A stretch of DNA of 64,000 bases from an uncultured Eubacterium sp. (GCA_934316845.1 CAKRDZ010000010.1:1560-65559); one strand, 5' to 3'; counted from the stretch's first letter, positions 31,274 to 40,684 are shown. Notes: generated by a model not told the origin, from the letters alone. A program made the numbers and translations.

Positions 31274-32436
31274 TAACAAACAACCACCTTTGCTCTTACA
31301 ACGACACAGTCGCATGATGGAACCGTGATGGCAAACCGCTCTTTATAAGTTCCAATGTCTTTATGAGCAAAGCAGTCATAGAGAGAAAGTGCGACACCGG
31401 AAGCATAAGAAATACCGATGTCCCAAAACTGCAAAGTCAGTTCCCTGGCGGTGTCAGACAGATTAAATAGACCGATGGCAACATCTCCGTCTGTCAATGC
31501 TTTCACCAGTACAAACGCATCATTTTCATGGAACCACTGAGGCTCTACTTTTACACGGTAGGCACCGCGGGCTTCCGGATCCTGGTTGATCGCAAGAAGA
31601 TCTTTATTTTGCAGAAGATTTCGCGTGAAATCATCGGCTTTTCGGATATCACAGCCAATCATAAGCGGAGATCCCATCATGCACCACAAAGCGAAATGAG
31701 TTTTATACTGGGTATCGGTGCAGCCACCAATGCTGCCGATAAAGTCGTCATTGCTCCCACCGTGCATACCTGTGACAAGCATATCCATATCATTATGACA
31801 ATAATTTCCAGTAAAACATTCTTTATCAATCTGCGAAAGTGCAATTTTACAGATGGATTCCCAATTGTCCTGGATATCCGGAGTAGAGCGGTACGAGTGG
31901 GCGCCGGATTCGCGGATCCAATGCTGGACATCATCTTCTCCCCAGTTGCAGGCAGAAAAAAGGATATCACGACCGCAGTTTTTCAGGGCAAGACTCATAC
32001 GTTTGTACAAGAGTTCGCCGGACATTTGGCGCGGTTTAAAACAATAATCATATTTGAGATAATCGACGTCCCAGCCGGCAAACTGTGCGGCATCCTGAAA
32101 TTCGTGTTCAAAACTTCCGGGATAACCGGCGCAGGTATGCGTGCCCGCGCAGGAATACATACCAAATTTCAATCCTTTTGCATGGATGTAATCGGCGACG
32201 GCTTTCATACCGTGTGGAAATTTTTTCGGATCAGCGACAAGATTGCCGTCTTTGTCACGCTCGCGTAGACTCCAGCAGTCGTCGATTACAATATATTCGT
32301 AGCCGGCATCTTTATAGCCATTTTCGACAAAGCAGTCGGCAACTTCTTTGATCAGCGTCTCATTAATATCCCACGTAAATGTGTTCCAGGAATTCCAGCC
32401 AAGAGCCGGAAGAAATCCTAATGTGTTATTGTTCAT
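31273..32436 (-). CDS. Alpha-galactosidase, GH27 family
   Basis: Start at MNNNTLGFLPALGWNSWNTF (ATG 32434-32436, AAGGAGG upstream). YEYIVIDDCW and DYLKYDYC (catalytic nucleophile region) are present. Confidence 0.88.
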   Translation of the reverse strand: MNNNTLGFLPALGWNSWNTFTWDINETLIKEVADCFVENGYKDAGYEYIVIDDCWSLRERDKDGNLVADPKKFPHGMKAVADYIHAKGLKFGMYSCAGTHTCAGYPGSFEHEFQDAAQFAGWDVDYLKYDYCFKPRQMSGELLYKRMSLALKNCGRDILFSACNWGEDDVQHWIRESGAHSYRSTPDIQDNWESICKIALSQIDKECFTGNYCHNDMDMLVTGMHGGSNDDFIGSIGGCTDTQYKTHFALWCMMGSPLMIGCDIRKADDFTRNLLQNKDLLAINQDPEARGAYRVKVEPQWFHENDAFVLVKALTDGDVAIGLFNLSDTARELTLQFWDIGISYASGVALSLYDCFAHKDIGTYKERFAITVPSCDCVVVRAKVVVC

Positions 32437-32446
32437 AAGAACCTCC

Positions 32447-33274
32447 TTATAGATTTTTTTTACGATATTCGCTCGGTGATAATCCCGTTTCTCTTTTAAA
32501 AAATTTTGAAAAAGAAAATGGGTCATTATAGCCGACAGAATAGGCGACATTTTGCACAGAAATAGAACTGTCTTTGAGCAACTCTTTTGCTTTATTCATG
32601 CGGAAAGACAAAAGGTATTCCTGGGGTGTCATATCGGTTGCATTTTTAAATAATTTACTAAGATAAGAGCGGTCTAAGCCGCAATGTTTGGCGATTTCAC
32701 TGATACGAATAGGCTCGCTGTATTTTTGTGATATATAGTTGATAACCTTGCGTAAATATTTTAAAGAGTTATCTATTTCAAAAGAGGATGCCTGCTTCGG
32801 AGTATCTTGTATCATGTATTCAAATAGAAGATAAAATTGTGACATACAATAACAATTTTTGTCAGAATTTGTCAAAATATTATTGAGGCACACTCCGATG
32901 TTTAATCCGTTGGTAACGGGAGTAAAAACAGGATTTTCTTTCGTAATACCACATTTTGTCAGTAATTCTTCCACTTTATTTCCCTGAAACTGAATCCATA
33001 TATAATTCCACGGTGTTTTGGCATCTGCTTCATAATATCCGAGCGTACCTGCCGGGATGACAAATGCCTGTTCCGCTGTCACAGGGTATTCCTGATCATT
33101 CATGTAGAGCGTTCCACTGCCCTCATAAATGTAATGCAGTATATATAAATCACGTATGATGGGACCATATCCGTAAGAAGGATTACACTTTTGACAGCCG
33201 ACCTCATAGAGACGCAGATCCTCATAAGAGTCAAAATTGAAAAAGTAAACTTCATCGTAAGTTCGGACAGCCAT
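32447..33274 (-). CDS. AraC family transcriptional regulator (cupin plus HTH)
   Basis: The C-terminal AraC HTH is present (ISEIAKHCGLDRSYLSKLFK...GYNDPFSFSKFFKRETGLSPSEYR). Start at the ATG at 33274 after GGAGGGA. Confidence 0.88.
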   Translation of the reverse strand: MAVRTYDEVYFFNFDSYEDLRLYEVGCQKCNPSYGYGPIIRDLYILHYIYEGSGTLYMNDQEYPVTAEQAFVIPAGTLGYYEADAKTPWNYIWIQFQGNKVEELLTKCGITKENPVFTPVTNGLNIGVCLNNILTNSDKNCYCMSQFYLLFEYMIQDTPKQASSFEIDNSLKYLRKVINYISQKYSEPIRISEIAKHCGLDRSYLSKLFKNATDMTPQEYLLSFRMNKAKELLKDSSISVQNVAYSVGYNDPFSFSKFFKRETGLSPSEYRKKNL

Positions 33275-33635
33275 CGTAATCCCTCCTTGTAATGTCAATG
33301 TTGCATTAAGTGTACCATTGTGCAGGGTATCGTGTCAAGAAAATGGGATGGAAAAAAGCGTTGCTGATTCCCATCCCGGTTTTGGGTATGCTGTACGAGT
33401 ATCGTATCGTTCATACTCGCTCCTTCTACTGTGGATGACTGTATATTATGCCTACGAAGGATATGAATACATCATAAAACAGAAGGAAAATAAATGCCAT
33501 GTGTAAATGCAAAGTAAACATGGAAAAATGTGAAAAGTACCTAAAATAGGTACTTCCCAAAAGATGGAAAAGAGTGTATAATAAAATTAAAAGTGATGCA
33601 ATAGTTACAACGTACGAGTGAGAAGGATGATTTGT

Positions 33636-34349
33636 ATGAAAATTGCAATATGTGACGATGATAATGGAGCATGTCAGGAATTGAAGAAAATATTGAAAAA
33701 TGTTTTGTATGAGAATTTTGACATACATATATATAATGAGGGAGAAGGGTTATTAAAAGATTTTTCCAATGGGTATATTTTCGATATCATTTATCTGGAT
33801 ATTGAACTGCCCAGACTAAATGGAGTGGAAGTTGGTCAAGTATTGCGTGAACAAGTAGAAAAACAGAATCTGGATCTTATATTTATCTCACAGAAAAGCA
33901 GTTACTGTGAGCAGCTTTTTGATCTGGAGCCGAGAAGATTTTACCGCAAACCATTTGACCGGGAAAGAATCACAAGGGATTTAAAAATATTGCTCAAAGA
34001 ACATACTGCGCACAGACAGAGTATATGGTATGAAGAAGATGGCAGAGAATACCGTCTGTTTTTGCAGGATGTTTTATATATGGAAGCAGAAAGTAAAAAA
34101 ATAACAGTGTATGATAAAGAGGGAAACAAAATAGTCATAAAGAAGACGTTAAATGAGTGGGAGGAGGCTTTTAAAAAAGAACATTTTGTGCGGTGTCACA
34201 GATCATTTATTGTAAATTTGAATTATGTGAAAGCATTTTCGCGTAAAGAATTTGAAATGATCAATGGTGCAAAGGTACCGATCGGACGCAAGTATGAAAA
34301 AGCGACAAGAGAAATTTGGAACCTGCATAAGCTGGAGGAAGAAGAATGA
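33636..34349 (+). CDS. LytTR-family response regulator (AgrA-like)
   Basis: Receiver domain MKIAICDDD...DIIYLDIELP and a C-terminal LytTR domain (VLYMEAESKKITVY...FVRCHRSFIVNLNYV). Confidence 0.9.
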   Translation: MKIAICDDDNGACQELKKILKNVLYENFDIHIYNEGEGLLKDFSNGYIFDIIYLDIELPRLNGVEVGQVLREQVEKQNLDLIFISQKSSYCEQLFDLEPRRFYRKPFDRERITRDLKILLKEHTAHRQSIWYEEDGREYRLFLQDVLYMEAESKKITVYDKEGNKIVIKKTLNEWEEAFKKEHFVRCHRSFIVNLNYVKAFSRKEFEMINGAKVPIGRKYEKATREIWNLHKLEEEE

Positions 34350-35611
34350 TATTTGAGATAACGTTTATCATAGCGAGTTTATTTCAAACGTATATATTTT
34401 ACCTGTTTGGTGCGTGTTTTTATAAAGAAAAGGCAGAAACGAAAAGGGTTCTTGGTGGATGTGCTGTCTTTTTTGTGGTAACAACGAGTACATATTTGAT
34501 TTTTAATGTACCGCTTTTAAATTTGGTGTCTGCTTTAATAAGCGCTTTTTGTATGATTTATTATATTCATAGAGGAAAAATACAAAAAGCAATATTAGTT
34601 ATGGTCTTAACTATGTGCATAATGGTTGTTTCTGAAACTGTATTGGCAGTATGTGTCGGTGCAGTTAGAAGAAGTGCAATCCGACAAAACGGATATTATA
34701 ATTCGGTCTTTGTTGCACTGCTTTTACCTATGATACAGTATTTAATTGTTATGATTATAAGAAACTTTGCAAGTTTAAAAGACGATGAAATAATGTCTAA
34801 ATCGTATTGGGTGATTACAATAGTTCTTCCACTTATTACGACAACGTTTATTATTATTTTGTATACAGAAGCAATTATGCCATTGATTTTTTTGTTAATA
34901 TGCGGGGTACTTTTGATAATAATAAATTTTATGACGATTTATCTGTATGACAATACCATCCGAAATATGCAGGCGCGGAAAGAAAAGGAAGTTCTGGAAG
35001 TACAGAACCTTTGCCAGCAGAAGCAGGCAGAATCCATGCAAAATGTGATGGAGCAGATTCGTGGAGAACGCCATGACTTTTATAAACATCTTTCTTCTCT
35101 TCGGCAGATGCTTATACAGGAACAGTATCCAGGTGCGAGAAAATATGTTGATGAATTGTGTGAAGAAAGAAATGCCATCTCGGCAAAAATAATTGCCGAT
35201 ACCGGAAATTATACACTGGATAGTATATTGAATTACGAATACGAGAGAGCAAAAGCATATGATATAGAGATTTCCTATGATTGTGAAATTCCGAAAGAAC
35301 TGGAACTTTCGCCAAAAGATATGAGCATTATCCTGATGAATCTTTTGGATAATGCGATTGAAGCTGTCCGCAAAGAAGAGGAAAAGAAGATTACGTGCAA
35401 AATCGTGTATCGGAAACCTCAGCTGCTGATCCGGGTAACGAATCCATGTACCGGAGAAACGGGAACACTTGGTAAGACTACCAAAAAGAATGCGGTAGAA
35501 CATGGATATGGATTAAAAAATGTTGAAAAAGTGACGGATCAATATCTGGGAACGATGAAGGTAGAGAGGAAAAAGGATGAATTTGATGTCAAAATAGGGC
35601 TGAATTTATAA
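34346..35611 (+). CDS. AgrC-like (HPK10) sensor histidine kinase
   Basis: Six or seven N-terminal TM helices, H-box ERHDFYKHLSSL and a GHKL ATPase (LMNLLDNAIEA, GYGLKNVEKV). The start overlaps the regulator stop (ATGA). Confidence 0.88.
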   Translation: MIFEITFIIASLFQTYIFYLFGACFYKEKAETKRVLGGCAVFFVVTTSTYLIFNVPLLNLVSALISAFCMIYYIHRGKIQKAILVMVLTMCIMVVSETVLAVCVGAVRRSAIRQNGYYNSVFVALLLPMIQYLIVMIIRNFASLKDDEIMSKSYWVITIVLPLITTTFIIILYTEAIMPLIFLLICGVLLIIINFMTIYLYDNTIRNMQARKEKEVLEVQNLCQQKQAESMQNVMEQIRGERHDFYKHLSSLRQMLIQEQYPGARKYVDELCEERNAISAKIIADTGNYTLDSILNYEYERAKAYDIEISYDCEIPKELELSPKDMSIILMNLLDNAIEAVRKEEEKKITCKIVYRKPQLLIRVTNPCTGETGTLGKTTKKNAVEHGYGLKNVEKVTDQYLGTMKVERKKDEFDVKIGLNL

Positions 35612-35616
35612 AAATA

Positions 35617-35685
35617 TTGTCGTCTATCCTCAAATTGTTGTCGTCTGTCGCGATTTTCGTTTTTGGAAGAAATTTGTGATATACT
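35617..35685 (+). promoter_or_regulatory. LytTR-box promoter, copy 1, driving agrD
   Basis: Direct repeats TTGTCGTCT at 35617-35625 and 35638-35646 (9-bp repeats, 12-bp spacer, the AgrA/LytTR architecture). Weak -35, then TGTGATATACT with -10 TATACT at 35680-35685. Confidence 0.7.
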
Positions 35686-35783
35686 GATGCATACACAGGT
35701 CATCCAACTTCGCCGGGTGATCTGGTATACTTCGGTATGTCACATTTTTTTGGCGAAAAAAAGGAAAAGGAGGGACATAAAAC

Positions 35784-35942
35784 ATGAGAAAGGGACTGAT
35801 CACAAAACTGATGGTGAGCCTGTCAACCGTGATGGCATCTTTGGCACTTGTAGTAATATCCGGATTGACAAATTCTACGTGTTTATATTTCCTGTACCAG
35901 CCGGAATTACCGGAAGGTGCGGAAAAACTGCGTCGTAGATAA
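35784..35942 (+). CDS. agrD: AgrD-like autoinducing-peptide precursor (52 aa)
   Basis: MRKGLITKLMVSLSTVMASLALVVISGLTNSTCLYFLYQPELPEGAEKLRRR has an amphipathic/hydrophobic leader, a single Cys followed by 4 hydrophobic residues, then a P/E-rich charged tail. GGAGGG lies 9 nt upstream. Too short for the ORF track. Confidence 0.75.
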   Translation: MRKGLITKLMVSLSTVMASLALVVISGLTNSTCLYFLYQPELPEGAEKLRRR

Positions 35943-35960
35943 AGGGTAAAGCAGCTTGAA

Positions 35961-36040
35961 AAAAGACCGGTAACGGGCATGATAAGGTGTGGATTTTCAA
36001 CTTAGGGATCCTTTTCATGCCTGTTTCCGGTCTTTTATGT
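35961..36040 (+). terminator. Long hairpin plus T-tract after agrD
   Basis: AAAAGACCGGTAACGGGCATGA (35961-35982) pairs with TCATGCCTGTTTCCGGTCTTTT (36015-36036) with 2 mismatches, followed by TTTTAT. Confidence 0.55.
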
Positions 36041-36140
36041 GAAGTTAATATGACATAGTCTTTCATGATTTTCCTCTTATTGACAAATTGGGAGAAGAGA
36101 GTTATTATCTAAATACATTATATAATAAGGAGGGTCTTTT

Positions 36141-37427
36141 ATGATCAAATCAAAATCATTTGCAGTCATTTTGACTGCAGCACTCGTAACCGGTGTATTT
36201 GCGCCGGCGGCACAAAGCGAAGCAGCAAGTGTTAAACTGAATAAGACGAAGTTAAGTCTTGTAAAAGGAAAGAGTACGATATTGAAGGTAAAAAGGGCAA
36301 AGAAAAAAGCTGTCTGGACAATCAGCAGTGGCAAAAAAGTGATCAAATTGTCAGCAAAGAAAAAGGCAAGCGTTAAAGTGAAGGCTTTAAAAGCCGGTAA
36401 GGCAAAGGTTTCCTGTAAAGTTGGCAAGAAAAAGCTGATCTGTAAAGTGACGGTAACAGCAAAGCAGAAAGAAAATGCAGAACCAACCGTAACGCCGACA
36501 GTAGTACCGACGCAAAGCCCGGCGGTGACACCGAGCCAGACACCGAGCACAATGCCGAGCCAGACACCGGCAACAACACCGACAGCAAGTCCTGCAGTTA
36601 CTCCAAGCGCGACACCGGTTGACATGAATGCGTATGAACTTAAGACGATCAATACACCGGGACCGGCAGCAGAGTATGATTGTTTGAAAGTAGAGACAGG
36701 ACTGCATAAGTCGTATCTGAATCTGGGACATTTTATGCCGGGAGGTTCAATGGAAGAAGAGATGCAGTTTTTCGAAACAGGCATCTGGCGTGAAGATATT
36801 GAACAGATTACGATTTCCAAGTCTAAAGAAGTACCGGAGGGTGTACTTGGCAAATTTGACTTGTCCGAAAAACAAAACGGCAGTGTTATGGCATGGTATA
36901 CCGATCAGGATGCGGATGGTAAATACGAGATGACGATCGGCCAGGATGGAGGAGTTGTAGCCAATCCAAATTCTTCCTATCTTTTCTGTCAGATTAAAAA
37001 TAGTGAAAAGAAAGAAAATGGTGGGGAAGCATTCCTGCAGGGAATTGAGAATCTTGACACCTCTCATGTTGTAGATATGAGTCATATGTTTGAATATTCA
37101 AAAGACTTAAGAGAGCAGATAAATCTGGGAGATAGTTTTGATACATCATCCGTAAAAGATATCTCACATATGTTTTCATGGTTTGGATATGCTAGGCTCA
37201 GAGAGTTGAATCTTGGGGACAAATTTACAGTATCTTCCATTGAAAATATGAAATCTGCATTTTACTATACCGGAGCCGGTGACTTAAAATGTATAGTAAA
37301 AGATGCAGACACAAAAGCCTGGTTTGATAAAAATGCAAGAAGTATGAGCTGGCATGTAGGCATTTTGGCTGGCTGGGAGTTTAATCCAGACAGCTTAAAT
37401 GATATCGTAGTTGCAGAGAAAAAGTAA
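36141..37427 (+). CDS. Surface protein: signal peptide, lysine-rich Big_2 Ig-like domain, P/T linker, BspA/DUF285-type 26-residue repeats
   Basis: Signal peptide ...APAAQSEAA. Big_2 pattern KLSLVKGKSTILKV...KVKALKAGKAKVSCKV. The PT linker is followed by the repeats LDTSHVVDMSHMFEYS / FDTSSVKDISHMFSW. Own promoter TTGACA-17-TATTAT around 36080-36108. Confidence 0.8.
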   Translation: MIKSKSFAVILTAALVTGVFAPAAQSEAASVKLNKTKLSLVKGKSTILKVKRAKKKAVWTISSGKKVIKLSAKKKASVKVKALKAGKAKVSCKVGKKKLICKVTVTAKQKENAEPTVTPTVVPTQSPAVTPSQTPSTMPSQTPATTPTASPAVTPSATPVDMNAYELKTINTPGPAAEYDCLKVETGLHKSYLNLGHFMPGGSMEEEMQFFETGIWREDIEQITISKSKEVPEGVLGKFDLSEKQNGSVMAWYTDQDADGKYEMTIGQDGGVVANPNSSYLFCQIKNSEKKENGGEAFLQGIENLDTSHVVDMSHMFEYSKDLREQINLGDSFDTSSVKDISHMFSWFGYARLRELNLGDKFTVSSIENMKSAFYYTGAGDLKCIVKDADTKAWFDKNARSMSWHVGILAGWEFNPDSLNDIVVAEKK

Positions 37428-37463
37428 ATTTTGTTGTCAAAAGATGACTGATTTTGTGGAAAG

Positions 37464-37532
37464 TTGTCGTCTATCCTCAAATTGTTGTCGTCTGTCGCAA
37501 TTTTCGTTTTTGTATAAAAAATGTGATATACT
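37464..37532 (+). promoter_or_regulatory. LytTR-box promoter, copy 2, driving agrB
   Basis: TTGTCGTCT at 37464-37472 and 37485-37493, with the same 21-bp register. -10 TATACT at 37527-37532. A 35-nt block is identical to copy 1. Confidence 0.7.
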
Positions 37533-37578
37533 ATGTGTATGTCACATTTTTTTTGGCAAAATAAGGAAAAGGAGGGAC

Positions 37579-37629
37579 ATGATTATGAGTCGGAAAGTAC
37601 ACAAAAATTGTGTTGTAGTAATAGGGTGA
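37579..37629 (+). pseudogene. Internally deleted agrD remnant, or a 16-codon leader ORF
   Basis: ATGATTATGAGTCGGAAAGTACACAAAAATTGTGTTGTAGTAATAGGGTGA encodes MIMSRKVHKNCVVVIG. It shares the RBS block, the 5' codons and the ..TTGTAGTAATA.. segment with agrD copy 1 but lacks the Cys-ring core and C-terminal tail. Its TGA overlaps the GTG of agrB. Confidence 0.5.
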
Positions 37630-38222
37630 AGCAGCTTGCGGAAAGAATGGTAAAGGGAATGATAAGATACGGAGCGGTTTCCGATACGGACAGGGAAATT
37701 TATGTGTTTGGAATCTATCAGACTATGATTTCCGGGCTGGAGATCCTTCTCATGCTCGTTACCGGTCTTATATGCGGAGTCGGATGGCAGTGCGTGGTAT
37801 TTTTGCTTACGTTCATGCTGCTGCGCCGATATGCGGGAGGTTATCATGCATCGACACTGCTGCGGTGTGTACTGATGTCTTGGTGTATGGTATTTGGTGC
37901 CTGCATCTGGGCGAAATATATATTGCTCGACATAGGGACACAGAGTATCGTACTGTTTCTGACCGGACTGGTAGTCTTTGTATTTGCGCCGGTTCAAGAC
38001 TGCCATAAAAAATTGTATGACTATGAAATAAAAAAATATTGGAGGCGTTCTATCATAATCTGGAGTATCTATGTCATGAGTTATATATTTCTCTGGATTG
38101 GTAATTATCGCAGCTATGCGCAATGCATCGTGATCGGAAATGTTATGGTTTCATTCGTAATAGCAATGGCGGCGCCATGGAAAAAAGCAAACAATATTTT
38201 GGGAAAGAAAAGGAAAATATGA
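37626..38222 (+). CDS. agrB: AgrB-family accessory gene regulator protein B (AIP-processing membrane peptidase)
   Basis: Multi-TM protein with the LRRYAGGYHAST...C motif typical of AgrB. Start is the GTG at 37626 or the ATG at 37647. The upstream part of the track ORF is promoter and leader. Confidence 0.8.
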   Translation: MKQLAERMVKGMIRYGAVSDTDREIYVFGIYQTMISGLEILLMLVTGLICGVGWQCVVFLLTFMLLRRYAGGYHASTLLRCVLMSWCMVFGACIWAKYILLDIGTQSIVLFLTGLVVFVFAPVQDCHKKLYDYEIKKYWRRSIIIWSIYVMSYIFLWIGNYRSYAQCIVIGNVMVSFVIAMAAPWKKANNILGKKRKI

Positions 38223-38599
38223 TGGAAATTAAACCACTTCAAAAGGTTACTTGGGACAAATGCAGCGATAATACAAAGTACATTACGGGAGTATATGAAT
38301 ATTTGCTTTCAGGAAAAGCGGTACAGGAAGAGAAGAAGGTTTTTTCAGATATAAAGAAATGTATAGACCATGGGTATGTTGTTTTATTTGGAAAAGACTG
38401 GGAAAAAGATTGGATGATCTACGGATATGACGAGGAAACAAACCAGATTGTCTGGACGCCTTGTGATGAGGAATGCAGTGTCCGGGAAAGTTTGTTTCCT
38501 TTACTGGAAAGAGTGGGATTTTATGCAAATGGAGCGGAAGAAAGAGTTCTGCATCTGCGTCCGGTACGTGAATCCCCTTTTTATCCCAAAAGTCAATAA
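38219..38599 (+). CDS. Hypothetical 126-aa soluble protein translationally coupled to agrB
   Basis: ATGATG at 38219 overlaps the agrB TGA (ATGA). MMEIKPLQKVTWDKCSDNTKY... matches no family I recognise. Confidence 0.55.
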   Translation: MMEIKPLQKVTWDKCSDNTKYITGVYEYLLSGKAVQEEKKVFSDIKKCIDHGYVVLFGKDWEKDWMIYGYDEETNQIVWTPCDEECSVRESLFPLLERVGFYANGAEERVLHLRPVRESPFYPKSQ

Positions 38600-38695
38600 A
38601 ACATTCTCGTGACTTATTCCTCCATGTATGGTACAATAGAACAAATATGCAAAGAAAAAGAAACGGCATCCCAGGATGCCGGAATGGAGGTATTC

Positions 38696-40048
38696 ATGAA
38701 CGAGAAAACAACTGCAATTCGCGACGCCAGACAGCTCGGACTGCCCAAAATGCTGCTCCTTGGCCTGCAGCACATGTTTGCAATGTTTGGTGCTACGATT
38801 TTGGTGCCAATTCTGGTAAGCAGCTATTATGGGGATGTATCACAGGGGAGATTGATTCAGGTTACACTGTTTTGTGCAGGAATCGGAACACTGTTTTTCC
38901 ATTTAATGGCAAAAATGAAAGTTCCTGCTTTTTTGGGATCTTCTTTTGCTTTTCTGGGAGGGTTTGCGACAGTAGCAAGTTTTAACGATGGAAAATATGC
39001 CGGCATGAGCGGAGACGACAAACTTGCTTATGCAAGCGGAGGAATTGTGATCGCAGGACTTTTATACCTAATCTTAGCGCTGATCATTAAACTGGTCGGA
39101 GTGAAAAAAGTAATGCGTTTCCTTCCACCGGTAGTAACCGGACCGATCATTATATGCATCGGACTGAACCTTGCGGGATCCGCAATCGGAAATGCTTCTA
39201 TGAACTGGCCTCTTGCACTGGTTGCACTTGTGACAATCATTATCTTTAATATATGGGGAAAAGGAATGTGGAAAATTATTCCAATTCTTATGGGCGTTGT
39301 TATTTCTTATGTTGTTGCGTGTATATTTACTGCGTGCGGCATTCACAATACAGATGGGTCTACCATCGTAAATCTTACTTCAACGATCGAAGCCGGCTGG
39401 ATCGGTATTCCGGGATTTGAACTTTGTAAATTTGACCTTTCGGCGATTCTTGTTATGGCACCGATTGCCTTGGCTACCATGATGGAACATATCGGTGATA
39501 TTTCAGCGATTTCCGCGACGGTAGGAGAAAACTATATCGAGGATCCGGGACTTCACCGCACTTTGATCGGAGACGGTATCGCAACAAGTATCTCTGCCCT
39601 GATCGGTGGACCGGCAAATACGACATACGGCGAAAATACGGGTGTATTGGAACTCAGTCGTGTACATGATCCGCGAGTGATCCGATTGGCAGCAATCTAT
39701 GCAATCATACTTAGTTTTATACCCAAAATGGCATCTTTGATCGGATCTCTTCCGACCGCGATCATCGGCGGTGTCAGCTTCATTCTCTATGGAATGATTT
39801 CTGCGATCGGAGTAAGAAACGTCGTAGAAAATAAAGTGGATCTGACAAAATCCAGAAACTTGATTATCGCAGCTGTAATCCTTGTCAGTGGACTTGGATT
39901 TTCAGAGGGTATTACATTTACGATTGCAGGAACAGCGGTTACTCTTACCGGACTTGCGATTGCAGCATTGGCTGGTATTATTTTAAATGCAATTTTGCCG
40001 GGAAAAGATTATGAATTTGAATCGGCAGTAAAGGAAACGGAGGAATAA
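38696..40048 (+). CDS. uraA: Uracil/xanthine permease (NCS2 family)
   Basis: LGLQHMFAMFGATILVP and ATMMEHIGD...GENTGV are NCS2 signatures. ATG follows GGAGG. Adjacent to upp. Confidence 0.88.
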   Translation: MNEKTTAIRDARQLGLPKMLLLGLQHMFAMFGATILVPILVSSYYGDVSQGRLIQVTLFCAGIGTLFFHLMAKMKVPAFLGSSFAFLGGFATVASFNDGKYAGMSGDDKLAYASGGIVIAGLLYLILALIIKLVGVKKVMRFLPPVVTGPIIICIGLNLAGSAIGNASMNWPLALVALVTIIIFNIWGKGMWKIIPILMGVVISYVVACIFTACGIHNTDGSTIVNLTSTIEAGWIGIPGFELCKFDLSAILVMAPIALATMMEHIGDISAISATVGENYIEDPGLHRTLIGDGIATSISALIGGPANTTYGENTGVLELSRVHDPRVIRLAAIYAIILSFIPKMASLIGSLPTAIIGGVSFILYGMISAIGVRNVVENKVDLTKSRNLIIAAVILVSGLGFSEGITFTIAGTAVTLTGLAIAALAGIILNAILPGKDYEFESAVKETEE

Positions 40049-40051
40049 ATT

Positions 40052-40684
40052 ATGGCAGGACAAGTTACGTATCTGGATCACCCATTGATTCAGCATAAAA
40101 TTTCAAGATTGAGAGATAAGACGACAGGAACCAATGAATTTCGTTCACTGGTAGAGGAAATTGCGATGCTTATGGGATATGAAGCACTTCGTGATCTTCC
40201 GACCGAAGATGTGACGGTGGAGACACCGATCGAGACGTGCAAGACACCGATGATCGCAGGAAGAAAGATGGCGGTAGTGCCGATCCTTCGTGCAGGACTT
40301 GGTATGGTAAGCGGAATTACAGCGCTTGTGCCGACCGCAAAGATCGGACACATCGGATTGTACCGCGATGAAGAGACACATGAACCACATGAGTATTACT
40401 GCAAATTGCCGGATCCGATCGAAGAACGTCTGATCGTAGTGACCGATCCGATGCTTGCGACAGGTGGTTCCGCAATCGCGGCGGTGGATTTTATCAAACA
40501 GCATGGTGGAAAAAATATTAAATTCTTGTGCATCATTGCAGCACCGGAAGGCGTAAAACGGCTTCAGGAAGCACATCCGGATATTCAGATCTACGTAGGA
40601 CATCTGGACCGCGAATTGAATGAAGCAGCGTATATCTGTCCGGGACTTGGTGATGCCGGAGACCGTATTTTCGGAACAAAATAA
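40052..40684 (+). CDS. upp: Uracil phosphoribosyltransferase
   Basis: 210 aa. [23 protein letters not shown], the PRPP loop [12 protein letters not shown] and [13 protein letters not shown] are present. Confidence 0.96.
   Translation: MAGQVTYLDHPLIQHKISRLRDKTTGTNEFRSLVEEIAMLMGYEALRDLPTEDVTVETPIETCKTPMIAGRKMAVVPILRAGLGMVSGITALVPTAKIGHIGLYRDEETHEPHEYYCKLPDPIEERLIVVTDPMLATGGSAIAAVDFIKQHGGKNIKFLCIIAAPEGVKRLQEAHPDIQIYVGHLDRELNEAAYICPGLGDAGDRIFGTK

Noticed and set aside
36077-36853. A long minus-strand ORF (258 aa) and several others antisense to the surface-protein gene. Similar antisense ORFs occur at 54235..54915, 54440..55120 and 44734..45057.
   Set aside because: These are antisense shadows of P/T/A-rich linker regions, which lack stop codons on the opposite strand. 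They have no RBS, and the sense strand carries clear signal-peptide proteins.
38640-38690. The hairpin CGGCATCC-CAG-GATGCCG in the uraA-upp leader as a possible PyrR-binding attenuator.
   Set aside because: The loop does not match the PyrR recognition motif (UCCAGAGAGG-like), and no terminator/antiterminator alternative is apparent.
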